This document shows positions 1-13,059 of a DNA stretch of 64,000 nt, in pieces (the first letter of the stretch is position 1; each line of letters opens with the position of its first letter). The translations under genes and the position numbers were made by a program. Location: contig OX597830.1 in NCBI GenBank assembly GCA_951406725.2, positions 71,920,001 through 71,984,000 on the forward strand, in the 5' to 3' direction. Origin of the DNA: Octopus vulgaris (Eukaryota). The notes beneath the pieces are model-generated. The model did no database searches. It saw only the letters and a list, made by a program, of their open reading frames with translations, and had not been told where the DNA came from.

Positions 1-647
1 ATTTCGTAATATAGTTGTCCAAGTTATCCCATAGCCACCTCCACACTTACTGTAGGGGCCATACAGTCAGAGTTGAACGATATTCTTTGGGCTGTTTCCA
101 GATGTAAACTCACTCCGAAGTGGGAAAAATTGTGAATGGTAAAGATGATGTTACTCCATTGAGCAAGGACTATTTCTGGTAGTTTATAAAGCATTTGCCT
201 CGCTTATCAATGATGGTGGAGGGCAAAGGAGGTTTAGCAACTGCAACCCCCATCCCACCCCATCATATCTAGCTTTCCGAAACACACAACAAGTAGTTTT
301 GGACGACACAGTGTTGACTGTCTGGGGTTTTAGATCTGATCGCAGTTGTGTGGCATTTTGGAGAGATTTTTAAAACAATAGGTTTCAATATTCTGCGGTT
401 AATGTTACAGATATTTGACTTCAGTAACAGAATGCAATCAAGTTTTCCTCGATGAATCATTACAGGCAAGCATCCAATTGCTCCTTGAAGATCGAATGCG
501 GCAGTGGCAAACAACCACAACTGTGAAACGTACGTAAGGAACCAATCAAATAAAATGGAGTTCATCAAAACTTCACATGCATACACACACACACACTCCT
601 GCGAGTGCGCACACACATATGCATGCATGTATGTGTGCGTGTGTGTG

Positions 648-692
<45 letters not shown>

Positions 693-772
693 TTCAAGGC
701 AAGGTCAATTTTAATGCTTCGAAGTCCAAACAATGGTGAACTTGGCCGAAAATTCGAAATCACTGCCAGACA

Positions 773-842
<70 letters not shown>

Positions 843-846
<4 letters not shown>

Positions 847-1269
847 AGAGTGTTGTAGTTCGCTTGAAGCATTTTGTATTGTTTGTAAAGAATTAACATG
901 TGTTGAATGGTACAACAGGGCACTATAATACAAACAATGGGCTATATACCTGTTGTAATTTAGTCACCCATAGTCTAATAATGTTTTGGAATAAAATTTC
1001 TTCTTCAGAGAGCACGTTTCTCAGATAGCTTGATCAGCTCCCTAGCAGTTGCGAACTCGGCCTGGCCCATGCGTAGAAATAGGAGAGTATTGTAGTTCGC
1101 TTGAAACATTGTTTGTATTATAGTGCATTGTTGTACCATTGAAAACATTTTATCGTTTACAAAGAATACACAATGCTTCAAGCGAACTACAATACTCTCC
1201 TATTTCTACGCTTGGGCCAGGCCGAGTTCGCAACCGCTAGGGAGTTGATCAACCTAACTGAGAAATGTG
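843..1269. mobile_element. (TA)n-flanked fold-back element with nested inverted repeats (probable Penelope-like terminal fragment)
   Basis: 1013-1111 is the reverse complement of 1171-1269 (few mismatches); 843-939 is the reverse complement of 1107-1202; bounded by (TA)n and (TG/TA)n tracts. Confidence 0.6.
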
Positions 1270-1395
1270 TGTGTATATATATATATATGTGTGTGTATGT
1301 GTGTATGTGTGTGTGTTTGTGTGTGTGTATATGTATATGCATATGTATGTGTGTATATATATATATATGCATGTATATGTATATAAATGTGGGTG

Positions 1396-1460
<65 letters not shown>

Positions 1461-1756
1461 GTATACATGTACGTATATACATATATATACACGCTTTCAT
1501 TCTTTAACAGGTTTCAGTACTAAGAGTGTGGCCATATTGGAGCAGCATGAATTTATGCATATGCATACACATATTAACTTATAATTATATGAATGTATAC
1601 ACACACACACGCACGCGCGCGCATTATATATAAGTGCATATTGGAATAAATGACACAGCATTGTAATAGAAAATGAGTGATTTATATTTTTTAAACTGCA
1701 TATAAGAATATACCATTGGGCAAATGTGTTAACGTTGTTCATCGTTCTTTCTTAAG

Positions 1757-1930
1757 ATGACGATGATGAAGACGACGATGAAGACGATGATGATGACGAT
1801 GATGATGATGATGATTAAGATGATGATTAATATGATGATTATGATGATGATAATGATGACGATGACGACGACGACGATGATGATGATGATTATGGTGATG
1901 ATGACGACGACAATGATGATGATGATGACG
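1757..1930. repeat. (GAT/GAC)n trinucleotide microsatellite
   Basis: Direct reading. Confidence 0.95.
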
Positions 1931-2325
1931 ATTTCATTTTCTTATAAGGAGAACAAATAAAAATGTCGATCTTAGCGGTAGGTCTTTATCTCACTGGCTT
2001 TTAAGGGCAAAATGCCAAAACCTCAATTTTCGCGGTCAGTGCGCACAATTAGGTAACTCAAATACCGAATGAACCCACCACTAAAGACAATAACGGCCCC
2101 AATGAATTGAAACACGTAAGGGGAACATTAATAACGTAAAGTGGCGACCAATTTTCTGCTGGAGTATCGAGTTAGGGTCGGTTTGTAATGATACACCTTG
2201 TAAACGTAGCTCAAATATCACACCACGTGAATATACAATACGATTCATACTAACACACGTACATAAATACATTCATATAGAACTACCGTACAATATATAT
2301 ACATACACACACACACACACACATA

Positions 2326-2364
<39 letters not shown>

Positions 2365-3349
2365 ATATGTATATATGTATATATGTATACATATATATAT
2401 ATATGTGTGTATATATGTATATATATATACATATATATATGTATGTATATATATATATATATATATATATACGTATGTGTATATATATATGTATGTATAT
2501 ATGTATGTATGTATATTTACATATATATACACACATATATATATATATATATATGCATATATACATGTGTGTGTGTTCATACGTAAAGATACACGTATCT
2601 ACATGTATGTATACAGGTAGATAAATGGGGATATAGTGATATAAAGGGTGAGAGGGAGAGAAAAGAGGCTGGGAGGGATGTAGAGAGGATTGACTGTTTC
2701 AGTTTTTGCAGGTAATGAGGTGTTCAAAGGAACATCTATGTGACCACCCGAACTGCTTGAAATAAAAACCAAATATCCGTTAAATCACTGCTTGTCATAT
2801 ATATAGAAAACTTAGATAACCAAGTTCTAAAACCATTGTATCTTGGAATGAGAAGCAACCAAGAAAGAAATGTCCAATGGCATGGCCATGGTTAAAATTT
2901 CATTTGATTATAAATTTGCTGGGTCAGGTCAAATCCGGATGATCCTCGAAAACAATAACAACTATAACAACAGCAGCAGTAGCAATAATAACGAAAACAA
3001 CAATGATAGTATTTACTTTTATAGTTCTTTGAAGAATATAGAACGTACAGCAGGAAGACTTCTTCTTCTTCTTCCAAACAGGGCTCACGCCATTAGCCAC
3101 AAACAATAATCTCTAATTCGAGCCTACTCTAAGCTACTAAAAATGCATGTGGCAACTTGAAGATCCACCCACCACATGCGATAGACTGGCAGTTGCACGG
3201 GCGCGAAAGCTACGGTTATCCTCATTCCGTAAACAGTGGCTTCTAACGGGTAGAGAGCTGAACCATCCTGGGGTACAGAGGATTCGCAATCTAGTCTAGA
3301 GTCTGAAAGGTTACCACACCATAGTGGGTTACACCATGGTTCCTCTGCA

Positions 3350-3551
3350 TTGTGGCAGAAGTTGGGAGAAAGAATGAGAGAAAGTTGTGGTGAAAGAGTA
3401 CAGCGGGATTCACCACCCCTTCCATCCGGAGCTTCGTGGAGCTTAAGTGTTTTTGCGCAATAAACACTCAGAATGCCCGGTCTGGGAATCGAAACCGCAT
3501 TCTTAAGACCGCGAGTCCGCTGCCCTAACTACTGGACCGTTGCGCATCCAC
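3350..3551 (-). mobile_element. tRNA-derived SINE, family A (5' part)
   Basis: Reverse complement of the head of the 6136-6509 copy (…gggaatcgaaaccg…cgcgagtccgctgccctaac…tgcgcatccac). Confidence 0.85.
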
Positions 3552-3760
3552 ACCTCTCACTCTTGTTGTCACGATGTAGTGACATATTACCTGTATCTAC
3601 AGATAGTTCTAATACCTTACTGTTTCTTTTCCTTTTTCATATCTTCATGTTTTGGACTGATACGTGTCCTGCAGTTGCAGTTAAAATGTGGAATGTTTTT
3701 TGCCGCAAAAATAGGTGTATTATATATATATATAGAGAGAGAGATAGATAGATAGATAGT

Positions 3761-3822
<62 letters not shown>

Positions 3823-4946
3823 TATGCATATATACATATATATGTGTGTGTGTGTGTATCTATATAGACAGTTATTTATATATACGTTTGTGTACACGCA
3901 CACATACACAATTGACACATATATTTACATATATTGAGAAAGAAACACGTGTATTGGTATACATACGTATGTGCGTGTGTGTACGTGCGTATGTGTGTGT
4001 GTGTGTGTGTCAGTATGCATATGTGTATGTGTGTTTGTATGTATAAATATATATATATATATATATAAAATATTTATAGATGTGTGTGTGTGTGTTTTTA
4101 CACGCCCACACACACACGCACGCATATAATTTATGTTAATATATTTGTTGTATGGAAATGGTCTGAAATTGTACGTGCATAGATGTAAGACGGTGCACTA
4201 GACTTAGTAGGTAATTCACTGATCTGTGAAAAGTATTAACATATAATTTCATATAAATGCGATATTCATTTGCGAAGGGAATGCATGTGATAAACAAGTT
4301 TCGGAACATCGAGGGAACTTTAACAAAGACACTTGTACAATATATTATCACCGTGATGAGATGCTGAGTAAATATTTATTAGGTATGGTTTGGATTTTCT
4401 GGGACAAATGAGACCACAAATATTTGGAAATCTACTCTTAACAATAATGCATCTAATTGGTCAAGCGGATATAAACACAAGAGTGGTTCTAATATCTTTG
4501 TGAAAGTAGTTATTTCTCCAAGGAATGAGACACACGTCAAGTGGCCATGATTGCGCAATTGAAAATCACGGGAAGAGAAAATGTAGGAGAAAGATCGGGA
4601 GATAGATATATAGATAGATAGGGATATTGATAGTGAAAGAAGTAGAAAGAGAAGGAAAGAGAAAGATAGCGAGAAGAGAGAGAGAGACAAAGAGAGAGAT
4701 AGTAAACTGCTCTAATTTGGATCGAAAGAATTGTCCCCGATCTCTAATGGAAAGTTCTTCAACTTCGCTAGATCCTTTTAGCGATTTTACAGTTGATATA
4801 TTATGGCGATGCCAATATCGATAGATGATCTGTTGATATTGGCAACTCAAAAATCTTGTTATTCTTATCATTAGAAATATTGACACGGCGAAGATTTATA
4901 TCTCGCTCACAAATCACAGATTCATAACAAATAGTAATGGAGAAAT

Positions 4947-5024
<78 letters not shown>

Positions 5025-5227
5025 TACAAACTCGTCTTAAAACAAACAATAAAACGAAACGAAAAGATAGAGAACATCTTGAACCAAAGTAGACTAAAAG
5101 AAAATTATAAGCTCCCTCACACTCACACAGACGCACACAAAGACAGATAAGAGAGGGGCAAGGGAGGGGGGGGAAGTTGAGAAAGATCAGAGTGAAAGAG
5201 CGGGAAGCATGAGAGAGAGAGAGAAAA

Positions 5228-5260
<33 letters not shown>

Positions 5261-5371
5261 GAATAGCCTGCAGTATTATATCCTGTAGTATCATTCTACC
5301 ATATAAATATGATATATTGAAACAATGTACTAAAAATCATGTATTAAACTTCATGTCCAAGACTTAGAATA

Positions 5372-5397
5372 TTGTTGTGTTGTCGTTGTTGTTGTCG

Positions 5398-5472
<75 letters not shown>

Positions 5473-5547
5473 TATGTTTGACTTTTGCTTTATGTCTGTA
5501 CAAGTTGGCTCCAAGTCTCACCCAGAGACTTATTATTATTATTACTA

Positions 5548-5609
<62 letters not shown>

Positions 5610-5697
5610 GTTATTATTATTATTATTGTTGTTGTTGTTATTATTATTGTTATTATTATTGTTGTTGTTGTTATTATTATTGTTATTATTATTGTTG

Positions 5698-5732
<35 letters not shown>

Positions 5733-5775
5733 GTAATTATTGTTATTATTATTATTGTTGTTATCATCATTGTTG
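5372..5775. repeat. (TTA/TTG)n microsatellite array interrupted by a LINE tail
   Basis: Direct reading. Confidence 0.95.
5471..5530 (-). mobile_element. 60-bp 3' tail of an R4/Dong-like LINE inserted in (TAA)n
   Basis: Unique 60 bp flanked on both sides by (TTA)n; minus strand AGTCTCTGGGTGAGACTTGG…GTCAAACATAG-(AAT)n. Dong/R4 elements are known to target TAA repeats; family assignment by recognition only. Confidence 0.55.
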
Positions 5776-5934
5776 TTATTTTACTTTTAATCTGCATTTC
5801 TGTTACAGTCACTTGCTGTGACACATCCAGCGTCATGGGGGCGTGAAGGATAAGAGATATTACAATATGACTGAAAGCTTCGGGAGAGGAGGTAGCGAAA
5901 TAACTTCACATAATACAACGCAGACATTTTAAAT

Positions 5935-7600
5935 GTATAGGATTTTTCTAAGGATGTGTGCAGTACTTGTCAGCACAGTCATTTGGATTTCTCTGAGACA
6001 TGGTTCTCCTGGGATCTTATCTAGATGTTTCTGACATCCTTTTCTTATCACACCTAAGGCCTCTACAATAACAGGATCACTTCCCATTTTAAGATGTCAC
6101 ATCTTTTGAATTTCAATTTCCAGGTCCTTATATTTGTGGAGGCGCAATGGCCCAGTGGTTAGGGCAGCGGACTCGCGGTCATAGGATCACGGTTTCGATT
6201 CCCAGACCGGGCGTTGTGAGTGTTTATTGAGCGAAAACACCTAAAGCTCCACGAGGCTCCGACAGGGGATGGTGGTGATCCCTGCTGTACTCTTTCTCTC
6301 ACTCTTACTTCCTGTTTCTGTTGTACCTGTATTTCAAAGGGCCGGCCTTGTCACTCTCTGTGTCACGCTGAATATCCCCGAGAACTACGTTAAGGGTACA
6401 CGTGTCTGTGGAGTGCTCAGCCACTTACACGTTAATTTCACGAGCAGGCTGTTCCGTTGATTGGATCAACCGGAACCATCGTCGTCGTAACCGACGGAGT
6501 GCTTCCAATGGTCCTTATATTTACTTAGTTTGTGAAATTCCTTGACAGATATATTTTTATCGGTGGGAACACTTGCATTTATAAATCTTTAGGTACTTTT
6601 TCCCTGTCTTTAATAATTATGTCTTGTCGATTTGGTGAATCGTTCAGTCACCGTTGACTGGAAAATCTCAGAGGATAGTGACATTTTTACCTTCAACGAC
6701 TGACTAAGGATGATATTCATACAAGTAAGCAACTGTACTGATTTGTAGTGTTTACATATTTTCCAATGTAATACTGTCCTACCCTATCACTGTGATTTTT
6801 GTATTCGTTTGGTGTCCCGAGTCGATATGTCTATTGTTTGGTCAAATGTGTCATAGAATTTGCATTTAGAGTCAGAACCGTTTTGAAGAACGTTAGCCTG
6901 GTAGTTTTTTTTATCTTATACCACTAATATGAAACCCTCAGTCTCTGCTTTCAGTTCTGAACTTCTCAGCCACTGATGGGTTGTTGCTTGATCTACATCA
7001 GCATTTTGACTTCGAAGTATATACTGTCCATGCAGAGGCTTCTGGTTCCACCGCTCTTCAATTTGTTTCTACCCATTCTGTTGTTTTGCAGTCTGCTTAA
7101 TTCAGTTTGCTTGACTTGTGGCAGTGGTTTTAGGCTTTTCAACTATTTCAGGTCTAATGCCAAGGTCCCTTGTGAATTTGCAAGCTTCCTTTACAACGGA
7201 ATGGAACATTTTAATGTTTTCGTTTTTGTACACCGGTCGCAGCGTCAAGTCCTCCGAACTGGATAAGTACCTGCTCATTGATATTGTGGAGGTCTTACAG
7301 CACAGTTCTACCTGCATCATTCCTCTTCTCCCATCACTTCTAGGTACGTACAGCCGATCAACATCTGCTTTTGGGTGGTGCATGTTAGTAATTTTCTTCT
7401 CTGTAAGATCAGTGCCAGGATCTTACAGAGATCCTGGCACTGGATCTCTGTAAGATTCCACTTAATGATGTTAAAGCTATATTGGACTACACATAGTGCC
7501 AGGGTACTAATGGCTTCGATGCGATTTTTAGAGTTGAGTTCAGATTTTAATATGAGTCTTATTCTCTGGTAATTTCCCTTTCTTATTTTCTCCTTCATAT
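5935..7600 (-). mobile_element. Decayed R4/Dong-like non-LTR retrotransposon (RT C-terminus and restriction-like endonuclease)
   Basis: Minus-strand translations HHPKADVDRLYVPRSDG.RG, HQWLRSSELKAETEGFI, NRQDIIIKD…SVPTDKNISVKEFHKLSKYKDLEIEIQKM…PVIVEALGVI…TAHILRKIL match the PD..D RLE region; contains stops and frameshifts. Confidence 0.85.
6136..6509 (+). mobile_element. Full-length tRNA-derived SINE, family A, with 13-bp TSD
   Basis: Box A TGGCCCAGTGG, box B GGTTTCGATTCC; TSD ggtccttatattt at 6123-6135 and 6510-6522; interrupts the LINE ORF. Confidence 0.92.
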
Positions 7601-8084
7601 AAAACCAAAAAAAGAACCCAATAATCATAAGCCGGTGAAGGCCAGAAGGTCGAAAATTCGAAGTCACTGTCATCATCGATCATGTAAATATGTAATATAT
7701 ACACATAGGTACGCTTAACCGCTATTTCTCTTTTCCTTATTTTATCACCCAAGGAAGGATGGTGGGCAAAGCCGACCGCCAAAAGTACTTGCATTGAGAA
7801 CTTAAAGAAACATAACTTAAAGCATTATATTTCGTTGCAAATACTCTTAGTCATTCGGACAGTTATTTCAACTTTAATACAGTTTTATATATAACATTAC
7901 ATTTATGTAATATCTAACGTTGAGTAGAGAGTTAAAGGTAAGATAACTAAATGTAATTATTCATCAACATTACGGTAAGAACTTTCTAAGATGTTAAATT
8001 TAAGTTATTAAAATTCAACTTTCGACCATTTAAAAACTCCATTGAAATGCATTAAGAGCCGAAGGTATATCCATGCAAACTTTA

Positions 8085-8152
8085 CACATACACACACCCA
8101 CACGTACACATACACACACACACACACACAAATACACACACATGTATGTATG

Positions 8153-8204
<52 letters not shown>

Positions 8205-8338
8205 TATACACATATACTTACACACAAACACATACAAACGCACACACACATACATCCTCGCACACACACGCACACACATACCTAAACACACACATAAACA
8301 CACAAATACACACACATGCATGTATGTATGTATGTATG

Positions 8339-8398
<60 letters not shown>

Positions 8399-8645
8399 TA
8401 CTTACACACAAACACATACAAGCGCACACACGCATACATCTTCGCACAAAGACGCACAAACACACACACACACATACACACTCAAATACATACACATGCA
8501 TGTATGTATACATATATATATACACACACATATATTCTTGTACACAAACACATACAATCGCACATACACACATACATCCGCAAACGCACACGCACTCACA
8601 CATACCCATACAAACACACCCATACACACACATGCACACACACTT
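8085..8645. repeat. Higher-order tandem of a ~140-185 bp microsatellite-derived unit (about 3 copies)
   Basis: Motif (ta)cttacacacaaacacatacaa.cgcaca…catacatc recurs at ~8211, ~8393 and ~8530. Confidence 0.7.
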
Positions 8646-8919
8646 ATATTCATACGTATATGCAAAGGAGTTATGTAGTAACGTTAAAAGATTTTAATTA
8701 AAATGTCCACTTTATGATGATGGCTTTCTCGCATTATTCATTTCATTCAATTCAAGCCACAACAACAATTACAGCGGCACCGAAGTAACCTCGGCTGCAG
8801 CCGCCGCATCAGCATCTGTAGGATGCACAACGACAACAACAACAACCGGGGCATGTATATCAGATATATGAATGATTATAACCTGTGATTCATTCTTTTC
8901 CATTGATTTCTAGCAACAC

Positions 8920-9440
8920 CATCATCATCATCATCATCATCATCAAGATTATCCTCCTCTTCCTCCTTCTGCTCCTCCTTCTTCTTTTTCTTCTTCGTCG
9001 TCTTCTTCTTTTCCTCTTCTTTTCTTTTTCTTCTTCTTCTTCTTCCTTACTTACATCTTCTTCTTCTTCTTCTTCTTCTTCTTCTTCTTCTTCTTCTTCT
9101 TCTTCTTCTTCTTCTTCTTCTTTTCTTCTTCTTCTTCTTCTTATTCTTCTTCTTCGTCTTCTTTTCTTCTTCTTTTCTTCTTCTTTTCTTCTTCTTCGTC
9201 TTCTTCTTCTTCTTCTTCTTATTATTTTCTTCTTCTTCTTTTCTTTCTCTTCTTCTTCTTCTTCTTCTTCTTCTTCTTTTCTTCTTCTTCTTTTCATTTC
9301 TTTTTCTTCTTCTTCTTCTTCTTCTTGTTTCTTCTCTTACTTTCTCATTCTTATTTTTTTCCTATTCATTATTCTCCTCCTCTTTCTTATTTTTCTTCTT
9401 TTTCTTGTTGTCTTTTTTTCCTTCTTTCTGATTGTCTGCT
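8920..9440. repeat. (CAT)n then (TTC)n pyrimidine-rich microsatellite
   Basis: Direct reading. Confidence 0.95.
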
Positions 9441-9775
9441 CTTGATCAAATGAAAGAATAAGAAAATGAGCAAAGACAAGAAAAAACTCTCGGTAAAATG
9501 AGGGTTGAGTGTAACTAAGGTGCACAAAATACCTTTTTCGTGAACCTCTTCCCTAGTTTTTTCCTTAATCTTTTTTTTCTTTTTCCTCGATTCTTTCTGA
9601 GTTTTAATCAATTTTTCGCTGAAAAAAGTCAAACAGTTCGAAACGTATCGCTATTTCAACACACAGCCGCCCTCGGATATACACACGTATAATATGTAAT
9701 ACTGTGGCTATTTAGAACCATTGGAACGTTTGTATGTCTTTATATATACAAATGAATACAAGCACAGATATATAT

Positions 9776-10205
9776 AGGTACAGGTGAGTCTGTATAGTAG
9801 AATCTGGCTTCCCAAACACATGGTTCCGGTTTCACTCTCACTGCGTGACTCCTTTGACATGTGTCTTCTACAATAGCTTCGAGCCGACCAAAATCTTGTG
9901 ACTGGATTTGCCAGATTGAAACTAAAGAAGCCCGTCGCACATAAGTGCATATGAGGTTGTGTATGTGAGTGCGTGTGTGTGTGTGTGCGTGTATCTATGT
10001 ATACGTGATTTTGTGTCTGTGTTTGTCACACAACCGGTGTTGGTATGTCTACATCACCGCAACTTAGTGGTGTGGCGAAATATACCGATAGAATAAATAC
10101 CAGGCTTAGCACAAAAATATATCCTGGGGTCGATTTGTTTGACTTAAACCAGTCAAGGAGATGCCCCAGCATGACCGCAGTCAAATGATAGAAGCAAGTA
10201 AAAAT
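9776..10205 (+). mobile_element. SINE family C (tRNA-like head, internal (TA/TG)n, conserved 3' body), diverged
   Basis: Homologous to the reverse complement of 29075-29472. Confidence 0.85.
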
Positions 10206-10826
10206 ATAACATGACTATGATCGAGTTTGATCATTTTCATTAAGGATTATCCATGTAAACTTATACGTCATTTATGTCTATCTTGGAGTATTAATCTTCC
10301 AAAATCCGTTAAGCAGACGAATCGAGTTTTCATATTTGGCTTTTGTAATAACTTGTAATCCGCAAAGTGGCAAAGAGTCTTAGGAATAATTTTCTAATTT
10401 TCTGAAATTACAAAATTTTAATATGAAAATGAGATTTTCACAGTCTCTGCTTCTCAACGTAGTATAAAGTGAAGGTTTATCTCTGATCCCGAAAGAATCG
10501 CCAACTGTGTTCCCAAGCAGACATTTGAACGATGATTTCTCCTTCCAATAAATATTCTCATACTATATCAGATTTTCGTTGTGTATTCTCATAGACTGTG
10601 CGTGTACATCCAATGCTTCTTCATTCATGGGAGCTTTCTTTGTTCAACCGTAAAAGTGAACAATGGTTGTTATTTGAATATAACCCGTGAATATGTTTAG
10701 TGGTTTACTTTGTTTTAATTGCAGTCTGCCGGGGGAAGAGATTGCAGGGTCGTGGTGGTGGTATCGGTGGTGGGAAATAACCGTGGCACACTCCATGAAG
10801 ATTCTTCGGTAATGTTTATGCACCAT

Positions 10827-11055
10827 AACTCTTTTACTCTTTTACTTGTTTCAGTCATTTGACTCTGGCCATACTGGAGATCCACCTTTAATCGAGCAAA
10901 TCGACCCCAGAACTTATTCCTTGTAAGTCTAGAACTTATTCTAGCGGTCTCTTTTGCCGAACCGCTAAGTTACGGGGATGGAAACACACCAGCATCGGTT
11001 GTCAAGCGATGTTGGGGGGACAAACACAGACATACAAACACATACACACACATAC

Positions 11056-11060
<5 letters not shown>
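10827..11060 (-). mobile_element. SINE family C, 3' half
   Basis: tactcttttacttgtttcagtcatttgact…ccgaaccgctaagttacgggga…. Confidence 0.9.
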
Positions 11061-11128
<68 letters not shown>

Positions 11129-11130
<2 letters not shown>

Positions 11131-11518
11131 AAATAGTAGAGTGAAAAAACGACAGAAGGCTTGAATGTTAAAAAATATATATATTTGCGTCAATATGTCT
11201 GAAGAATATTAGAAAATTTAAAAAAAAAAATTTTTTACCTCTTATAATGACATAAATTAAAAGAAATACCGGTTTCGCGTGTAGCTTTTCAAATTTCTTG
11301 TGACGTTATGTTTATATTGCATGGAGTTATCGTTGTGTTTATTTTCAGGAGATTTCTAAATAAGGGGAGGTAGTGAGTGATTTCTTCCGGTGTAAGGGAG
11401 ATAATCGCTTAAAATTTTTTTCCTTTCCCTTGTGAATTTCTCTGTGTCAGTATGTTCGGATGGTTGAGTCTGGGTTTGTACTTTTCCATGAAGAATGTTT
11501 CCTTGTTCAGTCTCATTA
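11129..11518 (-). mobile_element. (TA)n-flanked probable Penelope-like fragment with degenerate hammerhead motif
   Basis: Both ends in (TA)n; minus strand 11298-11262 reads AGAAAT-TTGAAAA-GC TACAC GC-GAAA CCGG TA-TTTCT. Confidence 0.45.
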
Positions 11519-11550
11519 TATATATATATATATATATATATATTCTTTCT

Positions 11551-11757
11551 TTATTCTTTTATTCTTTTACTTGTTTCAGTCATTTGACTGCGGCCATGCC
11601 GGAGCTCTGCCTTTGGTCGAGCAAATCGACCCCAGACTTATTCTTTGTAAGCCTAGTACTTATTCTATCGATCTCTTTTGCCGAACCACTAAGTTACGGG
11701 GACGTAAACACAACAGCATCGGTTGTCATGCGATGTTGGGGGACAAACACAGACATA

Positions 11758-11854
<97 letters not shown>

Positions 11855-12010
11855 GACTAGCTTCTTTCAGTTTCCCTCTACCAAATTCACTCTCAATGCT
11901 TTGGTCGGCCCGAGGCTATAGTAGAAGACGCTTGCCTAAGGTGCCACGCAGTGGGACAGAACCCGGAACCATGTGGTTGGTAAGCAAGCTAGGCGCCCAC
12001 TCCCGCGCCT
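11551..12010 (-). mobile_element. SINE family C, full length
   Basis: Complete homology to 29075-29472 with expanded internal (CA)n(TA)n. Confidence 0.9.
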
Positions 12011-12615
12011 GTCAAGGTTTGTGTCAAGCTAAATACGGTAAGCAGGTACCAATGAGAATTTTGAGCTGAAAGTGTTTACTGTGTTATGTTGGATTATTTA
12101 CTCCGAATTCTATGCGCTGAGAATGTTCTAGTTGTAGGACGTGTGTTGTTGTCAAGTTGAATAATAGTAGACGGTTCTGTTGGTAGGCTGAACTGGTAGT
12201 CGTGGAAATTTTTATGGAGATGATGCTAGAGATTGGTGATATTGTTTCTGGAGGTGGAAAGTGTTGCTTTTGGCATTGGAGGCAACATTGGTTGAGAATA
12301 CTGGTGGTGCTGATGGTGGAGGTGGAAGTGGTGGTGATGGTGATGGTGAGATGAATAAGACATGGGGAGCCAAAATGGTCGTCCTCCGGTTCTTCTGTTT
12401 ATTCTAGTCTACGGTGTTTGTTTTATCATTTTTAACATTTCTATTCTTCTATGTTCTTTGGTAATTATCTGTGGTCGCTAGAGCATTCAGTAATAATTTC
12501 TTTTAGATGGGTGAGGTGATGGATGTGGGAGGGCAGGTAGGGGGTACATTCTTGTGTAGAGAAGGATTCCTTTCTCGTGTCCTATTTCAACGTTTCTTTA
12601 CCATGCACCTATCAC

Positions 12616-12678
<63 letters not shown>

Positions 12679-12861
12679 CACACAAACACAAACAAACGTG
12701 CGCACACACAGGCGCGCTCACACATATTATACATACATGTATACACACATAGATACATATGTAATTACTTATGTATATGTATCTATATGAATGTACATAT
12801 ACGGACATGCCGATATATACACGCACCTACACATACTTAAAAACATACATACATACGTACA

Positions 12862-12908
<47 letters not shown>

Positions 12909-13059
12909 GTGTGTATACACACACACACATATATATATATTTATATATATATTTATAAATATATATATATATAAATATGTACACAGACGCTCACACGCAC
13001 ACGCCCGTATATGTATATATAAAATATGGAAGTATACTTTGTAGTTTTTTGTTTATGTT

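Noticed and set aside
1-540. AAFDLQGAIGCLP motif on the minus strand, reminiscent of Sola-type transposase
   Set aside because: Single short motif; the expected downstream motifs are not found.
4810-4844. 17-bp hairpin; also small stems at 24673-24740 and 56831-56857
   Set aside because: Short and isolated, with no shared motif or ribozyme core.
6136-6215. tRNA gene at SINE heads
   Set aside because: A and B boxes continue into SINE bodies with a TSD; no closed cloverleaf.
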